A stretch of DNA of 64,000 nt from a virus (taxonomy: Duplodnaviria; Heunggongvirae; Uroviricota; Caudoviricetes). Shown here one piece after another: positions 47,030 through 56,431 of this stretch; positions within the stretch are counted from its first letter, which is position 1, and every line of letters begins with the position of its first letter. The notes beneath the pieces are model-generated. The model was not told where the DNA came from and searched no databases. It worked only from the letters and a program-made list of their open reading frames with translations. The position numbers and the translations under genes were made by a program. The stretch lies in the IMG/VR virus record IMGVR_UViG_3300049215_000227, positions 39,998 through 103,997 of that record; one strand, given 5' to 3'.

Positions 47030-49234
47030 TTAAGCCGTCGATGAAGCCCTTTGAAGGGTGATCGTTGCGAGAACGAAGTCGATACCTTCGACAAGCTTCA
47101 CTACAACAGAGATGTTGATCGTGTTGCCGACAATCTGAACAACGAGCTGCTTGTAGCCGTTAGGAGCGTCACTGGTCGAAACCGTGATGCCCTGAGCCAA
47201 GTAGCTGGTCAAGATAGCGTCGCAAGTAGACTTAACTTCAGCCGCAGAGACCGTGTTCTTCACGCCAACGTAGATGTTCTCAAGTTGGTTACGGAAGTCG
47301 AACGCCAACACGTCGGCAGCGTACATGACAGAGCCGCGGTTGAATACCCAGTTAGCATCCTGACCGTAGGTCGTGTTGTCGACAACCAAGCGGAAGCCAC
47401 CAGTTTGAGGATGCTCCCAGAAGGTGATGCCGTTCTGGATAGCGTCGTCATACTGAGAGTTAGGCTGGAAGTCAGTGATGATCTGCGCGTCTGGCGTAGA
47501 CATAGGCTGAGCCGTCTGACGAATGCCTGACATGTTGAAGTACTTGTGGGTCATTGGCAAACCGACTGGCGAACCGCCGCGAGCGCCAGCGAGCAAGCAA
47601 GCGCCTGCCCAAGGCTGGAACCACTGAACGGCGCCCTGCGAGTTAACCTGGCGAATGTCCTGGATAACAAGCTGGATACGAGCATCAGCGAGGTTCTGAG
47701 ACTCGATCTTGCAGTTCACGTACGTGTCCTTGAGGGACAAGTAACCTTGACGTTCAGAGCGAGCCTTAGTCGTAGCCATCAAGCTCAAGTGAGTCTTAAC
47801 AGCCTGATGAATACCAAGGATCGTGTAGTTCGAGGTTGGATCAGTCAATCCATCGTTAATGTCAGCAGAAGCGTCTCTCGAGAAGAGAGGAATCACTGAG
47901 TTCACGCGAACGTTCTGGAACGCTGCGAGAGCGTTAACTACAGCAGCCGTAGAAGTTCCACCGAGCAATCCACCGGTTAGGTAAGTAACCGCAGAACCAT
48001 CAGGAAGACCAACATCAGACTGAGCGCTCATTGCGACGTTAACAGAGTTAGCGAAGAAGTTAGCAACATCAGCTGCATCCTTCTTGATGCGAGCAGGTTG
48101 ACTTCCGCCAGAGCCAGCAGCACCAACGTTCGAAACCTCGTCAAGAACACTTGGAGAGAGCTGTCCGAAGAGAGCCGACTGAACAGTGCAGCTCCAGTTT
48201 CCACCGGTGCTGTTGTTGATGAAGGTAGCAAGAGCGCTAATCGTTGGGAAGTTAGCCAACGTGATTGCGTACTCAGTTGCTGCGTTGTTGATGAGCGTCA
48301 TCTGCGTGCTGTTGATGTTAACTTTAGGAGCAACGCCGCCGTTACGACCGATGCTGATAACTACGTTTCCGCCAACGGTCGACGACTCTTGAAGAGAAGT
48401 ACCGTTGTTCTTCATCGTGATTACCGCCATATCTTCCGTCGAAGATACGTACAGTGCAGCAGGGATGTTTACGTAAGCAAGCAGCGAGCCGCTAACAAGT
48501 TGGAAATCCATTCCCCAGCCATTACGCTGTGGGTTGGTTCCAAGAGATTGAAGTGCGGTGAGCGTTGCAGCAGTATCTGCAGCACCAGCAACAGTGAAGC
48601 TGATTCCAGAAGGAAGACCGCCAGACCAGTTGCCACCGGCATTCAACGCGCTTTGAAGGGTGGCGCGGCTTACAACCGTGTTAGGAACTGTGAAGGTGTT
48701 GTCTGCAGCAGGATCTCCGCCGTTAAGACGAAGAACCATCGTCTTGCCCTGAATTGCCACGTTAGTGGTATCAAATCCAGCGGACGAAGTAACTTCGGCT
48801 GGAGTTGCAGGAACAAGAACGTTTTGATACGTGATTTGGTTTCCGCTTTGACCCCAAACAAGCGAAGTTAGCGTTCCATAGCTATTTGCTAAGGCGAGAG
48901 AAGCTTTAGCAGATGCGTTCGTCTTGTAAATGTAGACGCTCTGAGCTCCGCCAGGGATTGCGCCGTCAGCGCCTGGTGCAAACAAGAAGTTGCAAGCGTC
49001 AACGATCGGACCGCTGCCGTAGATGCTGCGGATCTGAGGAAGTTGATCGGGCGAGAAGACGTTGTTGGAAATATCTGGAATCTGCGAACCAGGAGGTCCA
49101 GCAGTTGCTTCGCCGAAAATTGCTACGAGACCAGTTGGTCCTACTGGGAAACCGCCACCGAGATCGATGAGCTCCTCAGAGTAAGCACCTGGCTTGTAGA
49201 TTGTGGCTCCATTGAATTGTACGTTGATTGCCAT
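47030..49234 (-). CDS. contractile tail sheath protein
   Basis: IYKPGAYS N-terminus; C-terminal FRLVVDNTTY..SVMYAADVLAFDFRNQLE..FVLATITL. Confidence 0.92.
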   Translation of the reverse strand: MAINVQFNGATIYKPGAYSEELIDLGGGFPVGPTGLVAIFGEATAGPPGSQIPDISNNVFSPDQLPQIRSIYGSGPIVDACNFLFAPGADGAIPGGAQSVYIYKTNASAKASLALANSYGTLTSLVWGQSGNQITYQNVLVPATPAEVTSSAGFDTTNVAIQGKTMVLRLNGGDPAADNTFTVPNTVVSRATLQSALNAGGNWSGGLPSGISFTVAGAADTAATLTALQSLGTNPQRNGWGMDFQLVSGSLLAYVNIPAALYVSSTEDMAVITMKNNGTSLQESSTVGGNVVISIGRNGGVAPKVNINSTQMTLINNAATEYAITLANFPTISALATFINNSTGGNWSCTVQSALFGQLSPSVLDEVSNVGAAGSGGSQPARIKKDAADVANFFANSVNVAMSAQSDVGLPDGSAVTYLTGGLLGGTSTAAVVNALAAFQNVRVNSVIPLFSRDASADINDGLTDPTSNYTILGIHQAVKTHLSLMATTKARSERQGYLSLKDTYVNCKIESQNLADARIQLVIQDIRQVNSQGAVQWFQPWAGACLLAGARGGSPVGLPMTHKYFNMSGIRQTAQPMSTPDAQIITDFQPNSQYDDAIQNGITFWEHPQTGGFRLVVDNTTYGQDANWVFNRGSVMYAADVLAFDFRNQLENIYVGVKNTVSAAEVKSTCDAILTSYLAQGITVSTSDAPNGYKQLVVQIVGNTINISVVVKLVEGIDFVLATITLQRASSTA

Positions 49235-49294
49235 GGCAAATCTCCTAAGTCAGTTAAGTCAAACCTAATTATAACATGACGCTGTAGTTAACGG

Positions 49295-49528
49295 TTACGA
49301 TAACAGGCCATACTCTCTAATAGCAAGATTGTAGGTTTGCATCGTCTCTTGCGAAGACAATCCTCTTGCTTTGAAGTCAGCCCAAATAACGTCTTTGGTG
49401 TGCTGTTTAGGAATCTTCTTCTCGTTAAGAGCCCACCAAGCATCAAAGTCTAGCTTTGGAGCCTGTGATGGTTCTGGCGCGATGATTGGTGCCGCAGACA
49501 CCACTGATTCTTTTGCTTTCTTAGCCAT
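49295..49528 (-). CDS. hypothetical protein
   Basis: AAGGAG SD; 77 aa. Confidence 0.65.
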   Translation of the reverse strand: MAKKAKESVVSAAPIIAPEPSQAPKLDFDAWWALNEKKIPKQHTKDVIWADFKARGLSSQETMQTYNLAIREYGLLS

Positions 49529-49565
49529 ATGTCACTCCTTACTCAATATTAACGCACTTAAGCGG

Positions 49566-50339
49566 TTAAATGTCATCCTCGTCAATGTCCACGACAGGGG
49601 GATCAATGAAGGTCTCGTACTCATCGTCGTCCCCAATCTGCTGCTGAACTATGCCCTTGTTAGCATGCCTATCAACCTTGTGATGAGGCACGTCTAGACT
49701 AGTGGCGATATCGATCGAGCGAGGCTGCCCAATCTTAGCATCAGTATTAACGCACTCAAACTCCTTAAGGGGATCTGCATCCCAGAAGTTTTGAGTCGTG
49801 CATCTGAACCTAATCCACCTAGTCCAAACGTTGTTGGCCATCTTCTCAGCGTCCTTACTGTAGTCAGAGGCGCTGTAAGTGTGTAACCTAAGTCCAAGCT
49901 TCTCAGCTAGCGGCTTGTACTTGAACAGGATGTAAGAGGTTATGTAGTACATCCATAGGACGTGGTCACCGCCCCTAGGAGCGTGAATGCCGATGTCGAC
50001 CATAACCGTGAAAGCGGCCGTGCCACCTTCAGAGTCGTAACCTACTGCACCTAAGTCATCCATAGCTGCCTTAGACTCATCTTCGGTCTCATTGGCTAGG
50101 TGAACGCTGATGCACGGAATCTTCTGGGCGTTGAAGGACCAAGCTTGGATGACAGGAATCTTGGTGGTGCTGAACCACTGCCAGATCTGCTCTCTATACT
50201 CCTCGCCGTAGTCTTCATCTAAGCCCTCTTCAACGAAGGTTAGGAACAGGTCGTCAAAAGCTTCTCTGTCAGCTCTCAATCTCTTGATGCCAACGTCTAG
50301 TACTTTTCTAACTACAATCTCAGGCATTACGAAAGGCAT
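49566..50339 (-). CDS. tail terminator/neck protein
   Basis: Position before sheath; IPCISVHLANETE, acidic C-terminus. Confidence 0.6.
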   Translation of the reverse strand: MPFVMPEIVVRKVLDVGIKRLRADREAFDDLFLTFVEEGLDEDYGEEYREQIWQWFSTTKIPVIQAWSFNAQKIPCISVHLANETEDESKAAMDDLGAVGYDSEGGTAAFTVMVDIGIHAPRGGDHVLWMYYITSYILFKYKPLAEKLGLRLHTYSASDYSKDAEKMANNVWTRWIRFRCTTQNFWDADPLKEFECVNTDAKIGQPRSIDIATSLDVPHHKVDRHANKGIVQQQIGDDDEYETFIDPPVVDIDEDDI

Positions 50340-50971
50340 TAGAATCCCTCCTCGTACGATCTGACGATGTCTCTTACGATGCCTTCCATGGTCTTGGCGA
50401 GCTCAGCGTTGATCGAGCTCACATCTTGAGAGAAATCCTTTGTTTGCGCAGGCTTCACCCACTGAGTGTTGGCGTCTTGCTTGCTAGTTGCTGTCCTAAA
50501 CTTAGATTCCTTCGGAGCAAGCGCCTGATATTGCTTTCTTGCGTTCTCGATGCGCTCAGCGTTGATCTGCTTCCAAGAGTCGTATATGCTCGTAGAAACT
50601 TTTGGTCTATCCTTGCCAGGAGTACCAACTGGAATAACCTTATAAACGCCGGAACCATCTTTCATCGGCTTAGCGTTCTGCAGCAAGCGAGGAAGCATTG
50701 GGAACGGAGGCTCAGTAAACTCCATGTTTCCGCTCTCGGTCGTTAACTCCATGTTGACAGAGTCAAGAGTAAGCTCATTGATGAAGTCTGCAGATCTCTG
50801 CTGAACGCCAGACTCGATGGCAAGCTGCATGGCAGCTTCTGCCTGCTCTTGAAACGCAGAGCTGATCTCGTCGCCAGCCTTCTTCACGATGGATTCGACG
50901 GCTCTGGCATCTAGACCCTTATTGCGGAGAGTGAGGCGAAGTTTCTCTAACTCGAAGATGATGTTAGCCAT
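50339..50971 (-). CDS. virion neck/tail completion-type protein
   Basis: 210 aa in neck cluster. Confidence 0.5.
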   Translation of the reverse strand: MANIIFELEKLRLTLRNKGLDARAVESIVKKAGDEISSAFQEQAEAAMQLAIESGVQQRSADFINELTLDSVNMELTTESGNMEFTEPPFPMLPRLLQNAKPMKDGSGVYKVIPVGTPGKDRPKVSTSIYDSWKQINAERIENARKQYQALAPKESKFRTATSKQDANTQWVKPAQTKDFSQDVSSINAELAKTMEGIVRDIVRSYEEGF

Positions 50972-52523
50972 TGGACTTGCCCGCCTTGTTGATCACTCTG
51001 GCGCGCATGTCTTTAAGAAAGTTTTCTTTTTCCAAGTCTTGCCAATCCTGGGCAAACATGATGGTGATCTTTCCGTTAGGAGAAATCTCAATCTTTGGCT
51101 TGCTCAGGTACGAGTAATACTCGTCGTGAACCCTGTCCTTATTTGCTGGATTAGAAGAATAAGCCTCAACCTTTTGCGGAATCTTGTCTACGCTCTCGAT
51201 CTTGCTCTGAAGCTCTCTAAGCTTCATCTCGAGTTCGTCAATATCTTTGCCAACCATCTCTGCAAGCTGGTTGTGCTTGCCGGTCATGTCGTGCATGGTC
51301 TCTTCAAGCTTGTCGAAGAGTCTCATTATCTTCTGCTCGACCTGCTGAAGGTCTACCGCCATGCCGTTGCGCATCTGCTCGCGGATGGTTTCCATCTCTT
51401 CGTAGATGTTGCCCAAGTTGTGGCGCTTGTAGTTCTCAACTAGCTCGTGCAGTCCGCCGTGGATAGCATCATCTGGGAGATCAGAGTCTTCCAAGAGATG
51501 AAGTTCCTTTTCGTCTTCTGGGAGATACCACTCAAACACGCTCATGAGTGCAGCGGTAAGTTCAGGAAGAGACTTGTTGGTGAACTGATAAACGGTTTTA
51601 TGTCCGTCGTTGACGCGACCAGAGTAGACGTCGCTCATGTGGCGACGGATGCTGATAGTATAAGTGTCCAGCATCACCTCTTTGAAATCTTCGTCCTGCA
51701 TGTCCTTGACGATGTTGCGAAGAGTGCGGAACATGCCGTTACCGACGAGACGAAGAGCGTCACCGTGAGTAACTTCAAATACAGCGTCAGCTTTCTGACG
51801 GATGATGTTCTTCTCGAGCTTCTCCATGGCAATCATGCCCTTGAGAGACTTTCCAAATCTTTTAGAAACGAAGTCAGAGATAGGTTGCTTGCAGCATGGA
51901 CGCAGTTGACTCCAAGGAATTTGGTCAAGTTCGTACCACTTCCATCCAGTCATCTTCTCCTTGCCGCCGTTAGGATCAACCGTGTCCTTAGGCTTTCCGC
52001 GAGCGATCTCGCCAAGGTAGACAACCGTGTTGTTGCCGTTAGTTCTGCCGCGCCAGATCTCAGTACTTATGCGGATCTCGCAGCCAGTTTCTTCTTGAGC
52101 CTCTCTAACAGCGCCCAGCTCGAACGGCTCGTCAGGATGGCAGTGACCGCCTGGAAATGCAAGTCCGCCCTTGTTGTGCTCAGCTAGAAGGATGCGGTTA
52201 TGCTGATCCATAACTAGGACCGCAGCGCAGTTGTTAGTCTTATGCTTCTTCTCGAGGTACTCCTCAAAGGCCTTTTTCAGATCCTTCTTGGACTTCTTCC
52301 TCTTGATGCGCTCTTCCTTAACTTTTTCTTTTGCAGCTGCGTGATGCTTCTCGCCCCACGTGCCGCCTCTGTCGTTGTCCTTGGATTCTGGCGCGTCTTT
52401 ACCGGGATCGGTATACTTAGCGGCCACAGACTTAGGTGGACGACCGCGCGGTCCGTCCTTCACGTTGCCATGAAGGATGGCCATCATCATGCGATATTGT
52501 CTTCTAGAGACCGCTTGCGGCAT
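50964..52523 (-). CDS. Nudix hydrolase domain protein with coiled-coil C-terminus
   Basis: Nudix box GHCHPDEPFELGAVREAQEETG = Gx5Ex7REUxEExG. Confidence 0.85.
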   Translation of the reverse strand: MPQAVSRRQYRMMMAILHGNVKDGPRGRPPKSVAAKYTDPGKDAPESKDNDRGGTWGEKHHAAAKEKVKEERIKRKKSKKDLKKAFEEYLEKKHKTNNCAAVLVMDQHNRILLAEHNKGGLAFPGGHCHPDEPFELGAVREAQEETGCEIRISTEIWRGRTNGNNTVVYLGEIARGKPKDTVDPNGGKEKMTGWKWYELDQIPWSQLRPCCKQPISDFVSKRFGKSLKGMIAMEKLEKNIIRQKADAVFEVTHGDALRLVGNGMFRTLRNIVKDMQDEDFKEVMLDTYTISIRRHMSDVYSGRVNDGHKTVYQFTNKSLPELTAALMSVFEWYLPEDEKELHLLEDSDLPDDAIHGGLHELVENYKRHNLGNIYEEMETIREQMRNGMAVDLQQVEQKIMRLFDKLEETMHDMTGKHNQLAEMVGKDIDELEMKLRELQSKIESVDKIPQKVEAYSSNPANKDRVHDEYYSYLSKPKIEISPNGKITIMFAQDWQDLEKENFLKDMRARVINKAGKSNG

Positions 52524-52582
52524 AGATCAACGTAGCTCCCATCCAGTGCTACAGCTATTATAACTTAAGTCAAGAGTTAACG

Positions 52583-53497
52583 TCATTTAACTATAGATTC
52601 CCCGGCAGTAGGAAGGAAGTCTCTCTTCACAAGAACCTGCTGAGGTAGCTTACGCGGCGACTTCTGACCCTTAATATTCATCTCCTGCGTAACTCTAAGT
52701 TCACGCAGAACCTGAACGACCAAGTAAACTGGCGCAGCATAAAAAGACCAAGTAATAACTTCACCATGACCGGTATGAGGATCATAGTGAGGTTCTCTTC
52801 CAGGCACCCATACTATGTTACCGTCGGCGTTGATATTGAAGTCAACTCCGGCCGTATATTTCTTCTCAGTTTGACCGTCTCTGGAGATAGACGAGGCGTA
52901 ATCCACGCTGACGATCGGGTATCTAAGTTCCTGAACGCCACCTGGTCTTGGCTCGTACTCTTTCAGCTCCCATAAGCGGACTGTAAAGTCTGGCAACACT
53001 AACCTGTCAAAGCCGTTGAAGTCAGCTTCACGGCCGTCTGGATAGTGAGATGGAAGCGTAACGACTGCAGAGCCAATCTCCCACACGCCGTGCGCCTCGA
53101 AAGTTTTTTGGATCGAGTTTCCAGAGAAGACGCCGAATATCTCTTCGCGTCCGTAGTGCAGGAAGCCGTTGTTATCGCAGAACGGGCAGTTAGGCTCGTG
53201 AGCGTTGGTATCTACCGTTAAAATGTTTGGGCACGGAGTCGCCTTCTCGTGGATCATCCTGATGCCGCGCTGCGACAGGAGTTGATCGAAGTTGTTTCCG
53301 TTTATGCTCACATCTGGAGTCCACATCGGCATCTCCGATGGGATTGATGTTGGAGCTAGAGCTGGAGGTGGATAAGCCTGCACAGGCGGAACATTTACCG
53401 CTCTGTTAGCTGTCTGCACTGGATTTGGCTGAGTGACAACGTCCGTGTTTATGAACGGAACATCATCTCCTCCTTGCCCTGACCTGGATGACTTCAT
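52583..53497 (-). CDS. head-tail connector/neck protein
   Basis: FDQLLSQRGIRMIHEKATPCP..CPFCDNNG; position at start of tail operon. Confidence 0.55.
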   Translation of the reverse strand: MKSSRSGQGGDDVPFINTDVVTQPNPVQTANRAVNVPPVQAYPPPALAPTSIPSEMPMWTPDVSINGNNFDQLLSQRGIRMIHEKATPCPNILTVDTNAHEPNCPFCDNNGFLHYGREEIFGVFSGNSIQKTFEAHGVWEIGSAVVTLPSHYPDGREADFNGFDRLVLPDFTVRLWELKEYEPRPGGVQELRYPIVSVDYASSISRDGQTEKKYTAGVDFNINADGNIVWVPGREPHYDPHTGHGEVITWSFYAAPVYLVVQVLRELRVTQEMNIKGQKSPRKLPQQVLVKRDFLPTAGESIVK

Positions 53498-53569
53498 ACT
53501 CTTTCATTATACAGTGAAAAGACACTATATCCTGTTGCCGTATAATAGAAGAACGCAGGATCCGATTCT

Positions 53570-53818
53570 ATGGACGGTATATCAATATTGGAACGTATCG
53601 TAGAGGAGGAAGGATCGTGTTGCTGGGCGACTCCAAAAGTCTGTTCCCGATGTCCGTTAAGTCGGCTAACACGATCTGACAATGGTGGCTATATGAGTTG
53701 CGTAGAAGCACTCAACATAGATGGACTAAGTGAAGAAGAAGCTGATGCAAGGTATAAAAAGGCCGCACTTGACAAGCTCGCTGATCTCGCCATCGAGAAG
53801 GCGATCGAGGCCGACTGA
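53570..53818 (+). CDS. small Cys-rich protein (Fe-S loop-like)
   Basis: ILERIV..G.CCWATPKVCSRCPL. Confidence 0.6.
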   Translation: MDGISILERIVEEEGSCCWATPKVCSRCPLSRLTRSDNGGYMSCVEALNIDGLSEEEADARYKKAALDKLADLAIEKAIEAD

Positions 53819-54070
53819 ATGGCATTAAGCTCAAGTGATAAGAATGTACTAGAAGAGATCGTCAAGACCGACGGTCAGTGCCTTGACTCGTCGCGATGCA
53901 GACGATGTCCCTTTAGAGCCGCGTGCCTCCCAGAGTTTTTAAACCCAATCCCGCCAAGTCCGCCTCAACGATTAAAGATGGCTCAGGACGTTCTGGCGCA
54001 CCACTATCTCATCGACGACGACGTCGAGATAGAGGAATTTCAGAAAGACAAAAGTGGAAAAACCAATTGA
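53819..54070 (+). CDS. small Cys-rich protein, paralog of 53570
   Basis: VLEEIV..GQCLDSSRCRRCPFRAAC. Confidence 0.6.
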   Translation: MALSSSDKNVLEEIVKTDGQCLDSSRCRRCPFRAACLPEFLNPIPPSPPQRLKMAQDVLAHHYLIDDDVEIEEFQKDKSGKTN

Positions 54071-54197
54071 GACAGAGTACTTTGAGAAAGAGTACGACGA
54101 CAAGATAAGGATGCAGCTGTTCATGCTCGTGTTTAAGTTATTAAGCAACGAGCAGGCTCTCCGCGTCTCTAAGTCATGGCAACCTAGACTTATTTAA
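54054..54197 (+). CDS. small protein, LxxLLxKL-like family (47 aa, not in track)
   Basis: MEKPIETEYF..MQLFMLVFKLLSN. Confidence 0.45.
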   Translation: MEKPIETEYFEKEYDDKIRMQLFMLVFKLLSNEQALRVSKSWQPRLI

Positions 54198-54315
54198 GTT
54201 CTCATCTGCTATAATAATCCTATGCCGCATCCCCGCGGTAGATAGGAGGAATCATGCTTAAATCATTAAGAACACTGAGCTTCCTATTCTCTTGCAATCA
54301 ACCAAAGGAAGTAGT

Positions 54316-54435
54316 ATGGACAGCCGCATCGACAAGATTGATGTTAAGCGTGAACACAAAGAGCTCATTGATCTCTTCTACCGCTTGGAGCTCAAACACT
54401 TCCTACAAGTACTCCTATACCGCCGTTCCCGATAG
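54316..54435 (+). CDS. small protein, LxxLLxKL-like family (39 aa, TAG stop in frame with next gene)
   Basis: MDSRIDKIDVKREHKELIDLFYRLELK; AAGGA SD. Confidence 0.45.
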   Translation: MDSRIDKIDVKREHKELIDLFYRLELKHFLQVLLYRRSR

Positions 54436-54450
54436 GGGTACAAGAATCCA

Positions 54451-54744
54451 ATGAGCTTCTACGATCGTTTAAACATGGACCAGGTTGAGAGCACCTATAA
54501 GCTCATCAAGGTCCTAGAACGTCTCAGAGTCATTGGTAGGTTAAAAGCTCACACGGAGAAGGCCATCCCTCTCATAGAGATCTTTGGGCATCAAGACGTG
54601 CTGGAGATTATCGACATGACTGGCAACGACTATTGCATAGTTAAGGATAGCTATTCGTCTGACAAGTCTCAGATGTCTGCCGACGAGATGATCGAGGAGA
54701 TATTTGGGAGACGCGGCGTTGGCTTGAGAGGAATCAACTCTTAG
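54451..54744 (+). CDS. small protein, LxxLLxKL-like family
   Basis: YKLIKVLERLRVI. Confidence 0.6.
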   Translation: MSFYDRLNMDQVESTYKLIKVLERLRVIGRLKAHTEKAIPLIEIFGHQDVLEIIDMTGNDYCIVKDSYSSDKSQMSADEMIEEIFGRRGVGLRGINS

Positions 54745-55009
54745 GCGGTTTGCCTAGTTGCTTCATGAGTCCTTCCATAGCTTGAGAGCTCATGATGAGT
54801 TGGTCAGGCTGTCCGTAGTTTTGATACACCTGCGCCTGCAAGTTTGCCAGCATCTGAGCTAGCACCTCTTCCTTCTTATCCACTGCGGACTTGATGCCGA
54901 GTTTGATAAGAAGATTGCGTAGGTTGTGACGGCACTTTCTGCTCTGCCAGTCCCTATTGTTAAGGCTAGCTTCACTTCCGTACCTTGCAAAGTTATCGTC
55001 GTTGATCAC
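54734..55009 (-). CDS. small protein, LxxLLxKL family
   Basis: HNLRNLLIKLGIK. Confidence 0.6.
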   Translation of the reverse strand: MINDDNFARYGSEASLNNRDWQSRKCRHNLRNLLIKLGIKSAVDKKEEVLAQMLANLQAQVYQNYGQPDQLIMSSQAMEGLMKQLGKPPKS

Positions 55010-55497
55010 CAGGGAATCTCCACGTGTACTAGGATGAAGTCTCGACCTCTGTTTGGGTTGTATATGCCCGCAGAGGATATGTGTTTGTAGTCGAGACCGA
55101 TGATGTGACCCTTGTCGTCCTTCACGCCGATCAAGAAGTCTTGGTTGAACTCAAACCAACCGCCGAGCATGCTGTCTGGAGTTGTGATCGCTCCAATGCC
55201 CCACAGAGATCTAAGAACTAGATAACCTGGATTCGCCTCTACTCCTGCAGAGATGTTGCCGAACCCAGAGGAGCTGCGACCGTTGCCGCCTTGATCCGCG
55301 AAGATGCCGCCTTCGTACTGGTAGATGAACGGACCGAACCACTCGTCCTCGTAACCCAGCGAGAAGCTCTTAGTTTCACCTCTGCCGTAGTCAGCGCTGC
55401 TGAACACTCCCAAGCCGTAGCGACCGAACGTTCCAGCTATCGCTGAGCTCGCAGCTAGCAAGCCCGCTATCATTGCCGCTAAGATAAACTTCTTCAT
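55006..55497 (-). CDS. pagL: PagL-like outer-membrane beta-barrel (lipid A 3-O-deacylase homolog)
   Basis: Signal peptide, alternating beta-strands, FEFNQDFLIG..LDYKHISSAGIYNPNRGRD (H-x-S motif), terminal aromatic residue. Confidence 0.8.
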   Translation of the reverse strand: MKKFILAAMIAGLLAASSAIAGTFGRYGLGVFSSADYGRGETKSFSLGYEDEWFGPFIYQYEGGIFADQGGNGRSSSGFGNISAGVEANPGYLVLRSLWGIGAITTPDSMLGGWFEFNQDFLIGVKDDKGHIIGLDYKHISSAGIYNPNRGRDFILVHVEIPW

Positions 55498-55730
55498 CGC
55501 CTCAAACTCTCCACGCCGTGTCCCGTTGTTCTTACAAATCTGCTAGCGTTAGATTCAAACCGCTTGGTGCGATCGAACCTGCTAAGATGACTGTCGATCA
55601 TCTGCCTTCGATCGTCGCTCACCTCTGACTGACCAATCTGAAACTGGTAGCCAGTTATGTGACCGAAGCGATTGCCATTCTTGTTTCCCCAGGGGTCATG
55701 AAAGCGGCGGCTCCACGCAGAGATCTTCAT
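55494..55730 (-). CDS. hypothetical protein
   Basis: TATAAC 6 nt before ATG; ATGA-coupled to pagL-like gene. Confidence 0.5.
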   Translation of the reverse strand: MKISAWSRRFHDPWGNKNGNRFGHITGYQFQIGQSEVSDDRRQMIDSHLSRFDRTKRFESNASRFVRTTGHGVESLRR

Positions 55731-55742
55731 GCAGTAGTTATA

Positions 55743-55871
55743 CTAAGAACTGATCCCACCGTCGGGCCAGGTGTAGAGCACGGCGCGAAGCCTATGACCC
55801 TCAGTGATGATGTCAAGCTTGTACAGAAGCTCGAACAAGCCTCTGCAAGCTCTGCTGTCCTCATACGTCAT
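55743..55871 (-). CDS. small protein, LxxLLxKL family (42 aa, not in track)
   Basis: RGLFELLYKLDII; TAG stop in frame with next gene. Confidence 0.55.
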   Translation of the reverse strand: MTYEDSRACRGLFELLYKLDIITEGHRLRAVLYTWPDGGISS

Positions 55872-56097
55872 GAGGTCCTTGCCAGGGCTTGTAATCCTTG
55901 TCGGCTTTCTTGATTGGGACGAACTGGATGAAGTCTTTGCTTAGACTCACCATGGCGAGCTCCAAGCACGGTTCTGGCTTTGGACCGTTTGGCTGCAGGA
56001 GCATCTGCGCGTATGACCAGCTCACCTTCCTCATGCCTAGCACTTCGAGCTTGCACAGCAGGATGAGAATGCGAAGTCTTGGGTCGCCAACGTTCAT
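55861..56097 (-). CDS. small protein, LxxLLxKL family
   Basis: LRILILLCKLEVL; TAATG overlap. Confidence 0.55.
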   Translation of the reverse strand: MNVGDPRLRILILLCKLEVLGMRKVSWSYAQMLLQPNGPKPEPCLELAMVSLSKDFIQFVPIKKADKDYKPWQGPHDV

Positions 56098-56237
56098 TAC
56101 CAAGCTCCTGGCAGAGTTGTGTCCGCGAACATGCGAAAGATTTTAGCCTTGCGAACGCCAAGCTTGTGCAATAGGTACAGAAGATCTCTCTTAGCTACCA
56201 TGCCTCTCTTCTGGGAGTACATCAGCTCGTAGTTCAT
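56097..56237 (-). CDS. small protein, LxxLLxKL family (46 aa, not in track)
   Basis: RDLLYLLHKLGVR. Confidence 0.55.
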   Translation of the reverse strand: MNYELMYSQKRGMVAKRDLLYLLHKLGVRKAKIFRMFADTTLPGAW

Positions 56238-56416
56238 ACGACCTCGTAAAGATAAGCAGCACTCTTCAAGCCGAGCTTCTTAAGGATGCTAACTAGGCAG
56301 TCGGCGTGATGGTAGTTGGTTCTGTCTGGAAAGATGCCGGTGGTGCTGATGACGTGATGGGAGATTCTAAGCATGTCGATCTCGCGCTCAAAGTAGTACA
56401 GAATACGTCGCTGCAT
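56234..56416 (-). CDS. small protein, LxxLLxKL family
   Basis: DCLVSILKKLGLK; TATAAC 6 nt before ATG. Confidence 0.55.
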   Translation of the reverse strand: MQRRILYYFEREIDMLRISHHVISTTGIFPDRTNYHHADCLVSILKKLGLKSAAYLYEVV

Positions 56417-56431
56417 TCGGTAGTTATACTC

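Noticed and set aside
14493-53497. Genome-wide TAG recoding (genetic code 15)
   Set aside because: Structural, lysis and replication genes are full length under code 11 with no in-frame TAG, and several TAG stops overlap downstream starts in the usual coupled way.
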